Below are positions 27,998-36,836 of a stretch of 64,000 bases of DNA, in pieces; position 1 is the stretch's first letter; every line of letters begins with the position of its first letter. Source of the stretch: a virus (taxonomy: Duplodnaviria; Heunggongvirae; Uroviricota; Caudoviricetes); the IMG/VR virus record IMGVR_UViG_3300028653_000011; one strand, 5' to 3'. The position numbers and the translations under genes were made by a program. The notes under the pieces were generated by a model. It was not told the origin of the DNA. It searched no databases and saw nothing but the letters and a program-made list of their open reading frames with translations.

Positions 27998-28128
27998 GGA
28001 TCTGATTCTAGCCTATTTGCAGGGCGCTTTGCACCCCATCGAGCCGTGGTGATGCAATCGATGCGCAACTTGCAGAATTCACGATCGAATTGCGTATTCC
28101 CAATTCGCGACGAATACTTAAAGTTACT

Positions 28129-28605
28129 ATGCCAAATACTGAAAGAGACAGCGGCCTCAGCGGCCAACACGACGGTGAACGTTTTTCACCCGCCACGTCA
28201 CCAGTCCCCGGTTCATTCACCAACCGCGTTTCAAGTTCGCAGGGGGACAACTACGGTTACGACAACAGTAACTACGACTACAACAACGATGCCTCGGGGT
28301 CAATGACCTCGGGTTCCTGGTTCAATCGCAACCGTGACAACACCTCAGGTTCACTGACGTCGGGTTCGCGATTTGACCACAATCGCAACCGCGATGCCTC
28401 TGGCCCGGTCACCACGTTCACTTGCATCCCTGACAAGCCCGTCGGCGTCCGCGCTGGCAACTTGCCCTTCGGCACCCCTGTCCGCGGCGTCGAGAAATTG
28501 TCTCCCAATGACCACGGTGACAACATTGTCCACGCGGGTAAACTGCCTCCCGAGACGATGGTCGTGCAGGCCGGCAACATCACGGCGCCCCTGTCGCGCT
28601 ACTAA
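28129..28605 (+). CDS. Low-complexity SGS-repeat protein
   Basis: ATG 8 nt after ATACTTA; repeats ASGSMTSGSWFNRNRD / TSGSLTSGSRFDHNRNRD; C-ending codon bias. Confidence 0.7.
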   Translation: MPNTERDSGLSGQHDGERFSPATSPVPGSFTNRVSSSQGDNYGYDNSNYDYNNDASGSMTSGSWFNRNRDNTSGSLTSGSRFDHNRNRDASGPVTTFTCIPDKPVGVRAGNLPFGTPVRGVEKLSPNDHGDNIVHAGKLPPETMVVQAGNITAPLSRY

Positions 28606-28660
28606 GGTCTCTAACCCTAGGTACCACCTAGTTTTGCAGCACGTTCAATATCACTATATT

Positions 28661-28707
28661 TCGGTGCAGGATCGGTCGAAAGGCCGGGACTGCACCGATG
28701 TTCTTTT
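28661..28707 (+). terminator. Long hairpin with tandem GA/GA loop and GAAA tetraloop plus U-tract
   Basis: TCGGTGCAG-GA-TCGGTC-GAAA-GGCCGG-GA-CTGCACCGA followed by TGTTCTTTT. Confidence 0.6.
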
Positions 28708-28784
28708 AAGGGGCTCAAGTGCAACGTGCGCTGGTGGTTCAGGTCGACTGACAATCATGTGGGTGGGTTGATTACAATCAATTC

Positions 28785-29492
28785 ATGACACCACTCATTT
28801 CACTACTACTCCCATCGCGCAAACGTCACGCGAGCCTTCATCAATCGTTGGCGTCACTTGCTACGCTAGCGACCGATCCGAAACGCGTTGAAGTATTGGT
28901 ACGTGCTGACGTTGATGATCCTCAAACGGTTGATGTTGCTCGCTCGCCATGGCCATTTCAAGTACGGACGCTTGTGGGTCAACGAGGCAATGGCTATGCT
29001 GATCTTCACCTGATGTACAATGAACTGTGCTCACACAGCACTGGTCGGTTATTGTTCCTATGGAATGATGACGCAATGATGTTGACGCCCGGGTGGGATG
29101 AAAAGTTGGTGCCCTTCGACGTCGGCAAGCTGTGTTACCTCAATGTGGGCGTTGACGTCGGTAGTAAGGCACCTCAATCGGACAAGGGAGACTTGAGCTT
29201 TCCCATCGTTCACCGCACCTACTACGACGTGCTCGGTCACTACTCACCGTGGGCCCACAATGACACTTACGTATATTGGGTGTTGCAGCCCTTTTTCGGT
29301 CACGGCATTCACCACGAATCAGGTATTAATGTCAGGCACCTGATCCACGACTACCTCGCGACAGGGGACGCCACGTCGGTTGAAGGTAGGAACATGCATC
29401 CCCAGACACGTGCAATCCGAAAGACGGCACCATTTCTGGCTCAGCTTGAAGCCGATCGCCAGAAGATCGCGGCTCACCTAGCAAGCAAGTGA
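28785..29492 (+). CDS. GT-A glycosyltransferase, close paralog of 13326-14039
   Basis: Shared 'VEVLVRAD', 'RGNGYADLHL', 'FLWNDDA.MLTP.WD', 'FPIVHR', 'AHNDTYV'. Confidence 0.85.
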   Translation: MTPLISLLLPSRKRHASLHQSLASLATLATDPKRVEVLVRADVDDPQTVDVARSPWPFQVRTLVGQRGNGYADLHLMYNELCSHSTGRLLFLWNDDAMMLTPGWDEKLVPFDVGKLCYLNVGVDVGSKAPQSDKGDLSFPIVHRTYYDVLGHYSPWAHNDTYVYWVLQPFFGHGIHHESGINVRHLIHDYLATGDATSVEGRNMHPQTRAIRKTAPFLAQLEADRQKIAAHLASK

Positions 29493-30400
29493 CCCTATAC
29501 TTCGTGCACGGCATCAACACCATTGGTGCCTCGATGAAGAGGGCACCGGTTGAGAGTGAATACCTCGCCGCCGGTTTGCAGTACGCCGGCGCCGTGGTGC
29601 TTGAGGAGCGAAACTTCATCCTGTTGGCACACCGCGATCACCGCGTTCAACGTACTGATCGCGTCATCAACTTCTTCTGTACAGATGAGAACGCTCACCT
29701 CGTTTATGGCGCCGTCGATCCACAATACAGGTGGACATACCTGATCGATGAACGGGCGGCACTCGATGGCACCGATGGGTACGGAGCACGGATCCGCAAT
29801 CACTTCCCACGATTTGACGTCACTCACGCCATCATCACCTACCCAAGCGCGCGACACGTTGAAAATCTCACCCGGGCTAGCATCAAGTGTGCAGTGATGC
29901 CTCACTGCGTGCCCAGTCGGCGAAAGCGGGTGGCAAAGTCAGGTGCAATCGTCGTCTCAGGTACCATTGAAGAGGCAACGTACCCGACGAGGTGGCGCCT
30001 CGTCGAGGCACTCAATCACTTGGTACCAGAACTCCAGACACGTGTCTCCACCGCACCCGGCCGTCCATACTACGATGCGCTCGATGCCTACCAATTTGGT
30101 GTGGTCTGCAGGGGTGGCACCGCCGACTGCCTCGTCGCCAAGTACGTGGAATTCGGCATGTGTCACGTGTTGCCCATCGGTGATTGCCCATCGTACATGC
30201 CTGCTGACATGCGACGGGAGATGATTGATGCCGAGCACATGTCAGGTGAACAGGTGGTCGCCGAAGTCAAGCGGTTATTGGCGTCACCCGCCGAACTTGT
30301 TGCACGACAGGAGGCATACTGTGAGGCAGTACACCGTCACTATGACCTACGGGAGAATGCTCAACGGGCGGTGAGAGAGATCATCACTACCTTCACTTGA
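29489..30400 (+). CDS. Divergent GT-B glycosyltransferase-like
   Basis: 'VSG.....YPTR', 'YYDAL', 'LVAKYVEFGMCHVLPIGD'. Confidence 0.6.
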   Translation: MTLYFVHGINTIGASMKRAPVESEYLAAGLQYAGAVVLEERNFILLAHRDHRVQRTDRVINFFCTDENAHLVYGAVDPQYRWTYLIDERAALDGTDGYGARIRNHFPRFDVTHAIITYPSARHVENLTRASIKCAVMPHCVPSRRKRVAKSGAIVVSGTIEEATYPTRWRLVEALNHLVPELQTRVSTAPGRPYYDALDAYQFGVVCRGGTADCLVAKYVEFGMCHVLPIGDCPSYMPADMRREMIDAEHMSGEQVVAEVKRLLASPAELVARQEAYCEAVHRHYDLRENAQRAVREIITTFT

Positions 30401-31148
30401 CGTAGCCCCGCTGCCTCAGGAACACCGCCTCATCGCGTTGAAAGCGGGCGTCGGCGGTCTGGTACGTTGCGGGTTCATCCTTGATAGTGTAGTGATACAT
30501 CACCCGAGGCACAAAGCCCCTCTTTTGCGCACGGTGGAGAATTGGCAGGTACAACGCTTGGTCCCCTGCGCGCCGCACGTACTCACCGTCCTCACCCCTG
30601 AAGTTCTGGTCATTGACGCCATTGATCAGCTGTTTCCTGAATGTCTTCAGGTGCGAGCTCACCCACGGGTGCTGGTAGACGACGGCGCCGGGAGGCAGGG
30701 GCCCGCTGATGTTCTTGTCGCTGAAGGCCCACCGGTGAGCCGTCCACAGCGCATCGGCCCCCGTCTGGTTGTAGAGGGCATTGAGGTAGGCCAGCGTATC
30801 GAGGTCGGTCAGCCAGTCGTCGGCATCGATCCTGCAGACGATGTCGTCGTCATCGCACATGGAAATGCCCTTCAACACGTTGGCGACCTCCCACAATTTG
30901 TCGTCGTTCCACATCACCTCAATCTTATCGTGAACGATCATGTTGGGCGTCCAACCCGGCGACACCAGGGCGCGCCACCTGTTGATGATGTCGACCTCCT
31001 TGATGACCTCGGGGTGATCCGACACATCGTCGACGAGGATGATGCGCCAATTGGGATACGACTGACCCACCACCGACGCCAGCATCTGGCCCACCGTCGC
31101 CGACGCGTTGTACATGGGGGCGACAAAGACGAAGCGATTGTCAGTCAT
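30393..31148 (-). CDS. GT2 glycosyltransferase
   Basis: 'VAPMYNA', 'SVVGQSYPNWRIILVDDVSD', 'IDADDWL', 'SHLKTF', 'DQA'. Confidence 0.9.
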   Translation of the reverse strand: MTDNRFVFVAPMYNASATVGQMLASVVGQSYPNWRIILVDDVSDHPEVIKEVDIINRWRALVSPGWTPNMIVHDKIEVMWNDDKLWEVANVLKGISMCDDDDIVCRIDADDWLTDLDTLAYLNALYNQTGADALWTAHRWAFSDKNISGPLPPGAVVYQHPWVSSHLKTFRKQLINGVNDQNFRGEDGEYVRRAGDQALYLPILHRAQKRGFVPRVMYHYTIKDEPATYQTADARFQRDEAVFLRQRGYVK

Positions 31149-31569
31149 CTCCCACCTCAATCAGCTCATCGTCGACGGTGAACCACTTGCGGCCACACTT
31201 GACCGGGTGCTTGACGACAGGCCTCACGTTGGCCAGCACCATGGCGTACTTCTGCACCAGCTTGCCCTGCTTGTTGTAGTCCCACAGGCGACAGCAGGCG
31301 GCCTCCTCGTCGGCCTCGGTGCCCAACCGACAGTCGACAATGTCAACGACACACTGCATCGTGCCCGCGTCGGCCATCGCTGCCGTCGACACCATGTAGC
31401 CGCTGGCCCGCAGGTTGACCAATAATTCGAGGCCACCCGGCGACGTTGACTTCGTCGAACAGATGAGGACGGGCCCGCGGTAGGGAGTGCTCCAGAACCG
31501 CGTTTCAATCGTCTTGACGCCCGCCCGGATCAGGTAGGCATAGGGTTGGTGCAGACCGAGGGCTTTCAC
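31141..31569 (-). CDS. ASCH-domain protein
   Basis: 'LHQPYAYLIRAGVKTIETRFWSTPYRGPVLI' with the GxKxxExR motif. Confidence 0.9.
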   Translation of the reverse strand: MKALGLHQPYAYLIRAGVKTIETRFWSTPYRGPVLICSTKSTSPGGLELLVNLRASGYMVSTAAMADAGTMQCVVDIVDCRLGTEADEEAACCRLWDYNKQGKLVQKYAMVLANVRPVVKHPVKCGRKWFTVDDELIEVGDD

Positions 31570-31823
31570 GGCGCCTCGACGGCGGTCAACTTGTTGAAGC
31601 ACTCGAGGGCCCGACGCAGGTCGCCGAAGGTCAACGTGTAGGTCTGTTGCATCTGGTATGTTGATACCATGACGCCGGTGTCATCGGTATCACGAAAGGT
31701 GTCCGGGATGACGGGTGGCAGGCACTTAGCATACAGCGCGAAGGGCCGCAGCGCCGCGCGGCAAGCGTGAAGTTCCATCCTCAGCTTTTCGTTCTGCTCA
31801 CGCAAGTCATCATCATCACTCAT
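31566..31823 (-). CDS. Hypothetical protein
   Basis: Coiled coil, 'ALRPFA', 'LTFGDLRRA'; stop overlaps the next start. Confidence 0.65.
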   Translation of the reverse strand: MSDDDDLREQNEKLRMELHACRAALRPFALYAKCLPPVIPDTFRDTDDTGVMVSTYQMQQTYTLTFGDLRRALECFNKLTAVEAP

Positions 31824-31827
31824 TGCA

Positions 31828-32313
31828 TCACCAAGTGTCATTATCGGTCAGGTCGAGCGCTTCACCGCACGAGCACCTGACCTTGACGACGGTGCCCGTG
31901 ACGGCGGGGGTGAATTCCCAAGTGTAGGTGCCGACTGCACCAGTGTGATGCTTGTACGTGTCGTGTGCCTGCATCCAAGTGCGAACAAAGTGGTCATCGT
32001 CACCTGACACGTGGAACGACGTGGGTCTATGATAGAGCTCCTCCTCTTCACAGAAGGGGCACTTGGTGGGTAGGGGTCCCATCGACGGTTTCCACACGTG
32101 TTTTCTGGCAATGCACTTGCGAGACCACCACCAATCCCACAGTTTAGCGAAGCCCGTGGGAGGGGCCACGCGCGCGGCACAGGGACCCTCGTGACCCGGC
32201 GTACGTGAGCAATACCAACCCGGCGGCGGGATGGGACACTTGTTCGGTAAGTTGTAGAACTCGGGAGTTTTCACGTGGCCCGTTAGGGCGTCATTGTCAT
32301 TACCAGTCGGCAC
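31828..32313 (-). CDS. Hypothetical Cys/His-rich phage protein
   Basis: 'CSRTPGHEGPCAA', 'CPFC', C-terminal 'YTWEFTP...VKVRCSCGEALDLTD..W'. Confidence 0.7.
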   Translation of the reverse strand: MPTGNDNDALTGHVKTPEFYNLPNKCPIPPPGWYCSRTPGHEGPCAARVAPPTGFAKLWDWWWSRKCIARKHVWKPSMGPLPTKCPFCEEEELYHRPTSFHVSGDDDHFVRTWMQAHDTYKHHTGAVGTYTWEFTPAVTGTVVKVRCSCGEALDLTDNDTW

Positions 32314-33031
32314 GTTCGCCTCCCACTTCTCCGGGTTTTGTCAGTAAAACTTGACCGTAATCACGATCAACGCCCTGGTGCTTATCATCAGCGAACATGA
32401 TGCGATCCATGATGATCAGCTCCTTCGACGGATCATCGATCTCGTCGATGGCCTGACTGCACTTGATGCCCGGGTCTGACTTCGACGGCAGGTGATAATC
32501 ATCGAAGAGGCAAAACTTCGTCCACTTGTCCTTCGTCTGCAACCAGTCGTGCTTCGTGCCCTCGTAGGAATGGTCACCATCGATGTAGATGAGGTCGTAG
32601 GGACCTGATAGGGTGGGCAGCACTTGCTGCGATGTGCCACGGGCGAACTGCACGTACTTGAACAGCTCGGTCGGCAGGACCTGACCCAAGGCATTGAGGA
32701 ATTTGTCGTCGACGTTGGGTTCGACCGTCGTCACCTTGCCCGGGAGACCCGCGTCGTAGAAGGCCTTGGCGGCACACAGGGCCGAATAACCGCGGCCGAA
32801 GCCGATCTCCAACATCGACGTCAGGTTGTATTGACGAATGAGGTAGTAGATCAGGATCCCGCGCTCGTAGTTGCTCCTGTACACTGCGCCGTACTTCTTG
32901 TAGTTGGGGTCGTTGGGATCTCGGGTGCGCTTGGCAGTGAACTCGCCCAACGTGTCAAAGTCACCCATGACGATGCTGTCAAGGGCGACGCCCATCTCTT
33001 CGAGTTTGGTCTTGACGTTCAGTGTTCTCAT
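32300..33031 (-). CDS. Class I SAM-dependent methyltransferase (Methyltransf_24-like)
   Basis: 'LEIGFGRGYS', 'YDLIYIDGDHSYEG', 'LFDDY'. Confidence 0.9.
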   Translation of the reverse strand: MRTLNVKTKLEEMGVALDSIVMGDFDTLGEFTAKRTRDPNDPNYKKYGAVYRSNYERGILIYYLIRQYNLTSMLEIGFGRGYSALCAAKAFYDAGLPGKVTTVEPNVDDKFLNALGQVLPTELFKYVQFARGTSQQVLPTLSGPYDLIYIDGDHSYEGTKHDWLQTKDKWTKFCLFDDYHLPSKSDPGIKCSQAIDEIDDPSKELIIMDRIMFADDKHQGVDRDYGQVLLTKPGEVGGERADW

Positions 33032-33474
33032 GGTTCATCCTTCGACTTGCGTTTGTTGGGCGTCTCGTGATCGTCTTTGGTAGGCGGGGGCTTATACGCC
33101 TTGAGCTTCTCCACACCCAGCACCGCGAGGTGGTCATACGGAAAGGCTCGATTGCACGGATCGCCGATGCGACGCTTCCACCCGTGTTGCTCGAGCCACG
33201 CCACCACGTCGCCTACCCGGGTGAACGGACCACGCTTGAGAGCCAGCGGCGACCGCCACCGACCCAGCACCACGGTGCCCAACTGCTTGACCCAGTCGGC
33301 CTCAATGCGGCGTTCAGTGCCGTCCTTGCGAATGACGATGTCGACTTGCCTCGATGTCCTCAGGCGGTGATCGTCAGACAACACCCGCTTCATGTAGTCA
33401 TAGGTGCGTGGGCCCAAAGCCAGCCACAACAGCAAGCGACGGAGTGGGAGCAGGCGTAGTTTCCTCATGAGCAT
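33028..33474 (-). CDS. Hypothetical protein
   Basis: ORF in an overlap chain; 'IVIRKDGTERRIEADWVK'. Confidence 0.6.
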   Translation of the reverse strand: MLMRKLRLLPLRRLLLWLALGPRTYDYMKRVLSDDHRLRTSRQVDIVIRKDGTERRIEADWVKQLGTVVLGRWRSPLALKRGPFTRVGDVVAWLEQHGWKRRIGDPCNRAFPYDHLAVLGVEKLKAYKPPPTKDDHETPNKRKSKDEP

Positions 33475-33713
33475 TCCTGTGCGTTGACTAATCCACTCTC
33501 ACCTGGCATGACGGGGCCAAGCTTGAGGCCGTGCTGGCGATATGCATCTTGAACGCAGCTCATTCGACCATTGCACCTGATCGCGGTCGCCGTGCACATC
33601 TCGCTGGCATTCAGCGCCAGCGTTTTGCCGTCGACGGTGATGACTTTCTGGCACGTGCAACCCGTCATGTCGCGCCACAGTCTCTTGCGTAGTGCTGCAA
33701 CCTCTCGCTTCAT
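33465..33713 (-). CDS. Hypothetical Cys-rich protein
   Basis: ATGA overlap; CxC...C...C...C. Confidence 0.55.
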   Translation of the reverse strand: MKREVAALRKRLWRDMTGCTCQKVITVDGKTLALNASEMCTATAIRCNGRMSCVQDAYRQHGLKLGPVMPGESGLVNAQECS

Positions 33714-33958
33714 GCGCCCACCTTCAAACGGTAACCATAACCCCCGCGGGGTCCAAAGTTCTTGAGGCGGTCGAGTTCACCCCCATCACACATGCGCTTC
33801 AGAACGCTCGAGAGACTCGACAGTTTGACCGACTCACTGGGGCCGATGCCGCTCTCCACGTTGAGCACGTGGTAGATGTCGACAGCGGTGACGATGGCAC
33901 CGGCGTGCTTGAGCAGGTGGAGGACGCGTCGACGAATGGTCATGCGAGCAGCGTCCAC
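33710..33958 (-). CDS. Small winged-HTH-like protein
   Basis: 'VTAVDIYHVL...SSLSSVLKRMCDGGELDR...GYRL'. Confidence 0.55.
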   Translation of the reverse strand: MDAARMTIRRRVLHLLKHAGAIVTAVDIYHVLNVESGIGPSESVKLSSLSSVLKRMCDGGELDRLKNFGPRGGYGYRLKVGA

Positions 33959-34287
33959 TTTCCACCCAAGGTGCGGTACTCGATCGGGTGACCCAACTCC
34001 ACCGCGTGGGCAATGCCGTATTCCATGCCGCGACTGGTACCTAGATCAGTGTAGACGACGGTCTTGTGGGCGCACTCGCGCCAGGCGAAACCCGCCGCGA
34101 TGCCACGTTCACGCTCCTCGGGAATTTCATCACGTAGGACGTTGGGTTGGGTGTAGAGGGCATGGCTGACGAAGGGTGCCTCGCCCCGTTGCAGGCAGTC
34201 CTGCATGCAGGCACGGACGTAGAGGAGATTTTTCTCCACGTCACCGGCAAACGGGCTCTCGATGATGACACGTTGCATGGTTTTCAC
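33940..34287 (-). CDS. Conserved phage protein (nucleoside deoxyribosyltransferase-like Rossmannoid fold)
   Basis: 'IIESPFAGDV', 'GEAPFVSH', 'VYTDLGTSRGMEYGI', 'PIEYR'. Confidence 0.75.
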   Translation of the reverse strand: MKTMQRVIIESPFAGDVEKNLLYVRACMQDCLQRGEAPFVSHALYTQPNVLRDEIPEERERGIAAGFAWRECAHKTVVYTDLGTSRGMEYGIAHAVELGHPIEYRTLGGKWTLLA

Positions 34288-36194
34288 GGTAGCTCCTCGG
34301 GTGGCGTACGATTGATGGTGATGTGAGGCGTCGTCGTCTGACCATCCCAGGGGCGGTGCCACACCCAACCCCCGAGCTTGGCCTTCATGTCGGCGGCCTT
34401 GGCGTCGATCATGGCGTCAGTGACATCGGCCCAAGGTACCCCGAACATGTAGTTGTTGGCCCCGGTGTCGGCAGTGTCCTGATTGTACAGTGCGCGCCAA
34501 TGGTTCTGCCAGTAATCACGATACAGCGTGATCTTGCGTTTGAGGTCGATCCAACTGTAGTGAAAGACGCACGGTAGGCCATTGATGACCTGATTGAACC
34601 ATTGCTGATACTGCAGGCGTGCCTGTTCGTTGCCCAACAATGCCATGCGGCGAACGTTGTCGACTTCGGGTGCGTTGAAGCTGACGTGGCCTAGTGGTTC
34701 GAATGTATCCACGTGAATCATGTCGCAGCCGTCGGTGCCCTCGGCGGCATAGAGGAGCCCGTCAGCATCAGCGCGGCGCAGGGACGCCGGAATGCCGTGA
34801 GTGATGTGGGGTGCGTTGCGGCTCAGGCGCCACTTGGCCGGGTTGACGTCACACCTGATCTTGTCCCACCCACCCCATCCCTCGATGACGGGTAGCGACA
34901 TGATGTCGACGCCGACCGGGATGGCACGGCACAGGCCGTGGATCTTCTTAGCGTCGTCGGGGTGCACTACCTCGTCGGCGTCCATTTGCCAACAAAAGTC
35001 ACCGGTGCACATGCGACGGGCTTCAGCCTTCTGCATGCCGTCGAAGATCGGGTGGCGCTTCGATGACCAATCACGCTTGACCTGCTTGACTTTGATACGT
35101 GGATCAGAAGACTCGAGAAATTGCAACGCTTCCCACGTGCCATCTGTCGACCCACCGTCGACGATGCAGATCTCATCGCAGAATTCTCCCATCGACTCAA
35201 TGCAACGCAAGTACGGATACTGTTGCTTGACGGCGTTATAGGTCGTGGTGTAACCGCTGATCTTGGGTCGATAGTCCATCATCGACTTGATGCCGTTCCA
35301 GAAGTGCTGGCGAGCAACGAAGAGGTAGCCTTCGATCGCTTCCACGTCGTCGGTCGCAAACCACTCCTCGTCCTTGTGCATCACGTGTTCATTGAGCTGC
35401 AACTTGCAGCCCAACAACTTGGCCTCGATGACCATGCGGGGGCAGGTATCGCCGCCTTTGGGGAGGTAGACGAAGCCTTCGGCTTGGGCCAACTTTTCCA
35501 ACACTTGGTCGTAGGGCAGGTTCCACACCACTTCGAACTGCTTGCCATTGTCAGCACACCACCGCTTGGCATCATCGGAGCCCTTGATCCAGCTGTCACT
35601 GCCCAACACGATCCAACCTGATCGAGGCGTGTCCTGGTCCTTGGTTCGGAGTGCCTTGAGGTACCCCAACGTTCTGTCGTCAAAGACGCTGGAGAGCACC
35701 GTGTTTGACTTGTTGACTAAGAACGGGAAGGTTGTCAGGTACCGCTCCTTCTGTTTTTCGCTCATCCACCAGTTGCCCATCGACCCGTAGAAGAACGTGC
35801 TGATGATCTTACCCGTGATGTCGTTCGAGCAGTCACAGGGCAGGCAAGTGGCGTGGAGGTGCTTTTCGGGTGAGCGGAATTTGCAGTACTTGAAGTCATA
35901 CTCGACAATGCTGTACTTTAGGTTACCGACGATCGATGGAATCAGCTGAAAATTGAGCTGACTAAAATTACCGAAGATCCAGAACAATCCCACGCCTGCT
36001 TGCAATAGCTCGAGCGTGACGTCTTTGCTGTGAAGCTTGAAGACCTCGAAAGGACTGGAGTCGATGAGGGCCTGTGTCGTCAGTTCTGCTCCTCCGACGT
36101 AGTCGCTGACAAACATGTCAGAAACAACGATGACTTTCGCCGTTAGTGGAATGGTGATCCGCTGATCTTGAAAGACGCTCTTTTGAAAGTCCAC
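34284..36194 (-). CDS. Bifunctional GT-B + GT2 glycosyltransferase fusion
   Basis: N-terminal half 'GGAELT...DTCPRMVIEAKLLGC'; C-terminal half 'CDEICIVDGGSTDGT', 'QMDADE'. Confidence 0.9.
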   Translation of the reverse strand: MDFQKSVFQDQRITIPLTAKVIVVSDMFVSDYVGGAELTTQALIDSSPFEVFKLHSKDVTLELLQAGVGLFWIFGNFSQLNFQLIPSIVGNLKYSIVEYDFKYCKFRSPEKHLHATCLPCDCSNDITGKIISTFFYGSMGNWWMSEKQKERYLTTFPFLVNKSNTVLSSVFDDRTLGYLKALRTKDQDTPRSGWIVLGSDSWIKGSDDAKRWCADNGKQFEVVWNLPYDQVLEKLAQAEGFVYLPKGGDTCPRMVIEAKLLGCKLQLNEHVMHKDEEWFATDDVEAIEGYLFVARQHFWNGIKSMMDYRPKISGYTTTYNAVKQQYPYLRCIESMGEFCDEICIVDGGSTDGTWEALQFLESSDPRIKVKQVKRDWSSKRHPIFDGMQKAEARRMCTGDFCWQMDADEVVHPDDAKKIHGLCRAIPVGVDIMSLPVIEGWGGWDKIRCDVNPAKWRLSRNAPHITHGIPASLRRADADGLLYAAEGTDGCDMIHVDTFEPLGHVSFNAPEVDNVRRMALLGNEQARLQYQQWFNQVINGLPCVFHYSWIDLKRKITLYRDYWQNHWRALYNQDTADTGANNYMFGVPWADVTDAMIDAKAADMKAKLGGWVWHRPWDGQTTTPHITINRTPPEELP

Positions 36195-36297
36195 TGTGTC
36201 ACACCTCGAACCAATAGTACGTTCTCATTTAGCATGTGTTCACACATTGCGACAAACTCCTTCAATGCCGATACTTACCCCCAAGAGCCCTGTACTG

Positions 36298-36418
36298 TCT
36301 TTAAGTTCTGTATAGATCTTAAGAGATCTTAAGGGAAAGCGGTTGAGGACGAGCGGTGAGCTTCAGCAGTCAGTCTTAAGCAGATTTAACGCGCGCGAGA
36401 AACCTACCAAATCTCAAG
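36298..36418. repeat. AT-rich repeats at the strand-switch point
   Basis: Tandem AGATCTTAAG x2 (36314-36333), TCTTAAG (36374), TCTTTAAG (36298), ATCTCAAG (36411). Confidence 0.6.
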
Positions 36419-36436
36419 ATCAACGTAAAGACAACA

Positions 36437-36703
36437 ATGACATTCGCTAACGTTAGAGACATCATCACCTTGTTTCTGGCAATTCTCGGCAGCGTGTCGG
36501 GGTGTTGGGCATATGTCCAAAAACGCAGTTTTAAGCAACAGGCACAACTCGTTGACAAATTAGCCGACATGGTGAAAGAGACGAAGGAAGTGAAAGAAGC
36601 GCTTGTGACTCACATTCGAGAGGATACTAGCGTACAGGCTACGATCGCAACGACCCTTAAGATATGGGTCGATCGCATGCAACGCGAGGAAGACAAGCGA
36701 TGA
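36437..36703 (+). CDS. Single-TM plus coiled-coil small protein (holin-like architecture)
   Basis: Hydrophobic residues 9-26, then a charged coiled coil. Confidence 0.7.
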   Translation: MTFANVRDIITLFLAILGSVSGCWAYVQKRSFKQQAQLVDKLADMVKETKEVKEALVTHIREDTSVQATIATTLKIWVDRMQREEDKR

Positions 36704-36836
36704 ATTATCCTCATCACGTCACGAAGGAGAGCGTCGAATGACAGCCGAAGCGCTACAACTCAGGCACGTATATGCGCAGATCTTGCTGATGTTACGGATC
36801 TTGAGCCAACGCCACAATTAAGAGTACTATCAACGG

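Noticed and set aside
28240-28410. CRISPR array or DGR repeat
   Set aside because: The repeats are in-frame, degenerate peptide repeats; there are no spacers and no reverse transcriptase.
28661-28720. c-di-GMP-I (GEMM) riboswitch
   Set aside because: It shares only the GAAA hairpin and GGGAC; GGCAAA, GCAAAG and the second hairpin are missing.
814-36194. Bacterial O-antigen/capsule locus
   Set aside because: No export or polymerase genes, and it is interleaved with phage-type small genes, a phage sigma factor and a nuclease.
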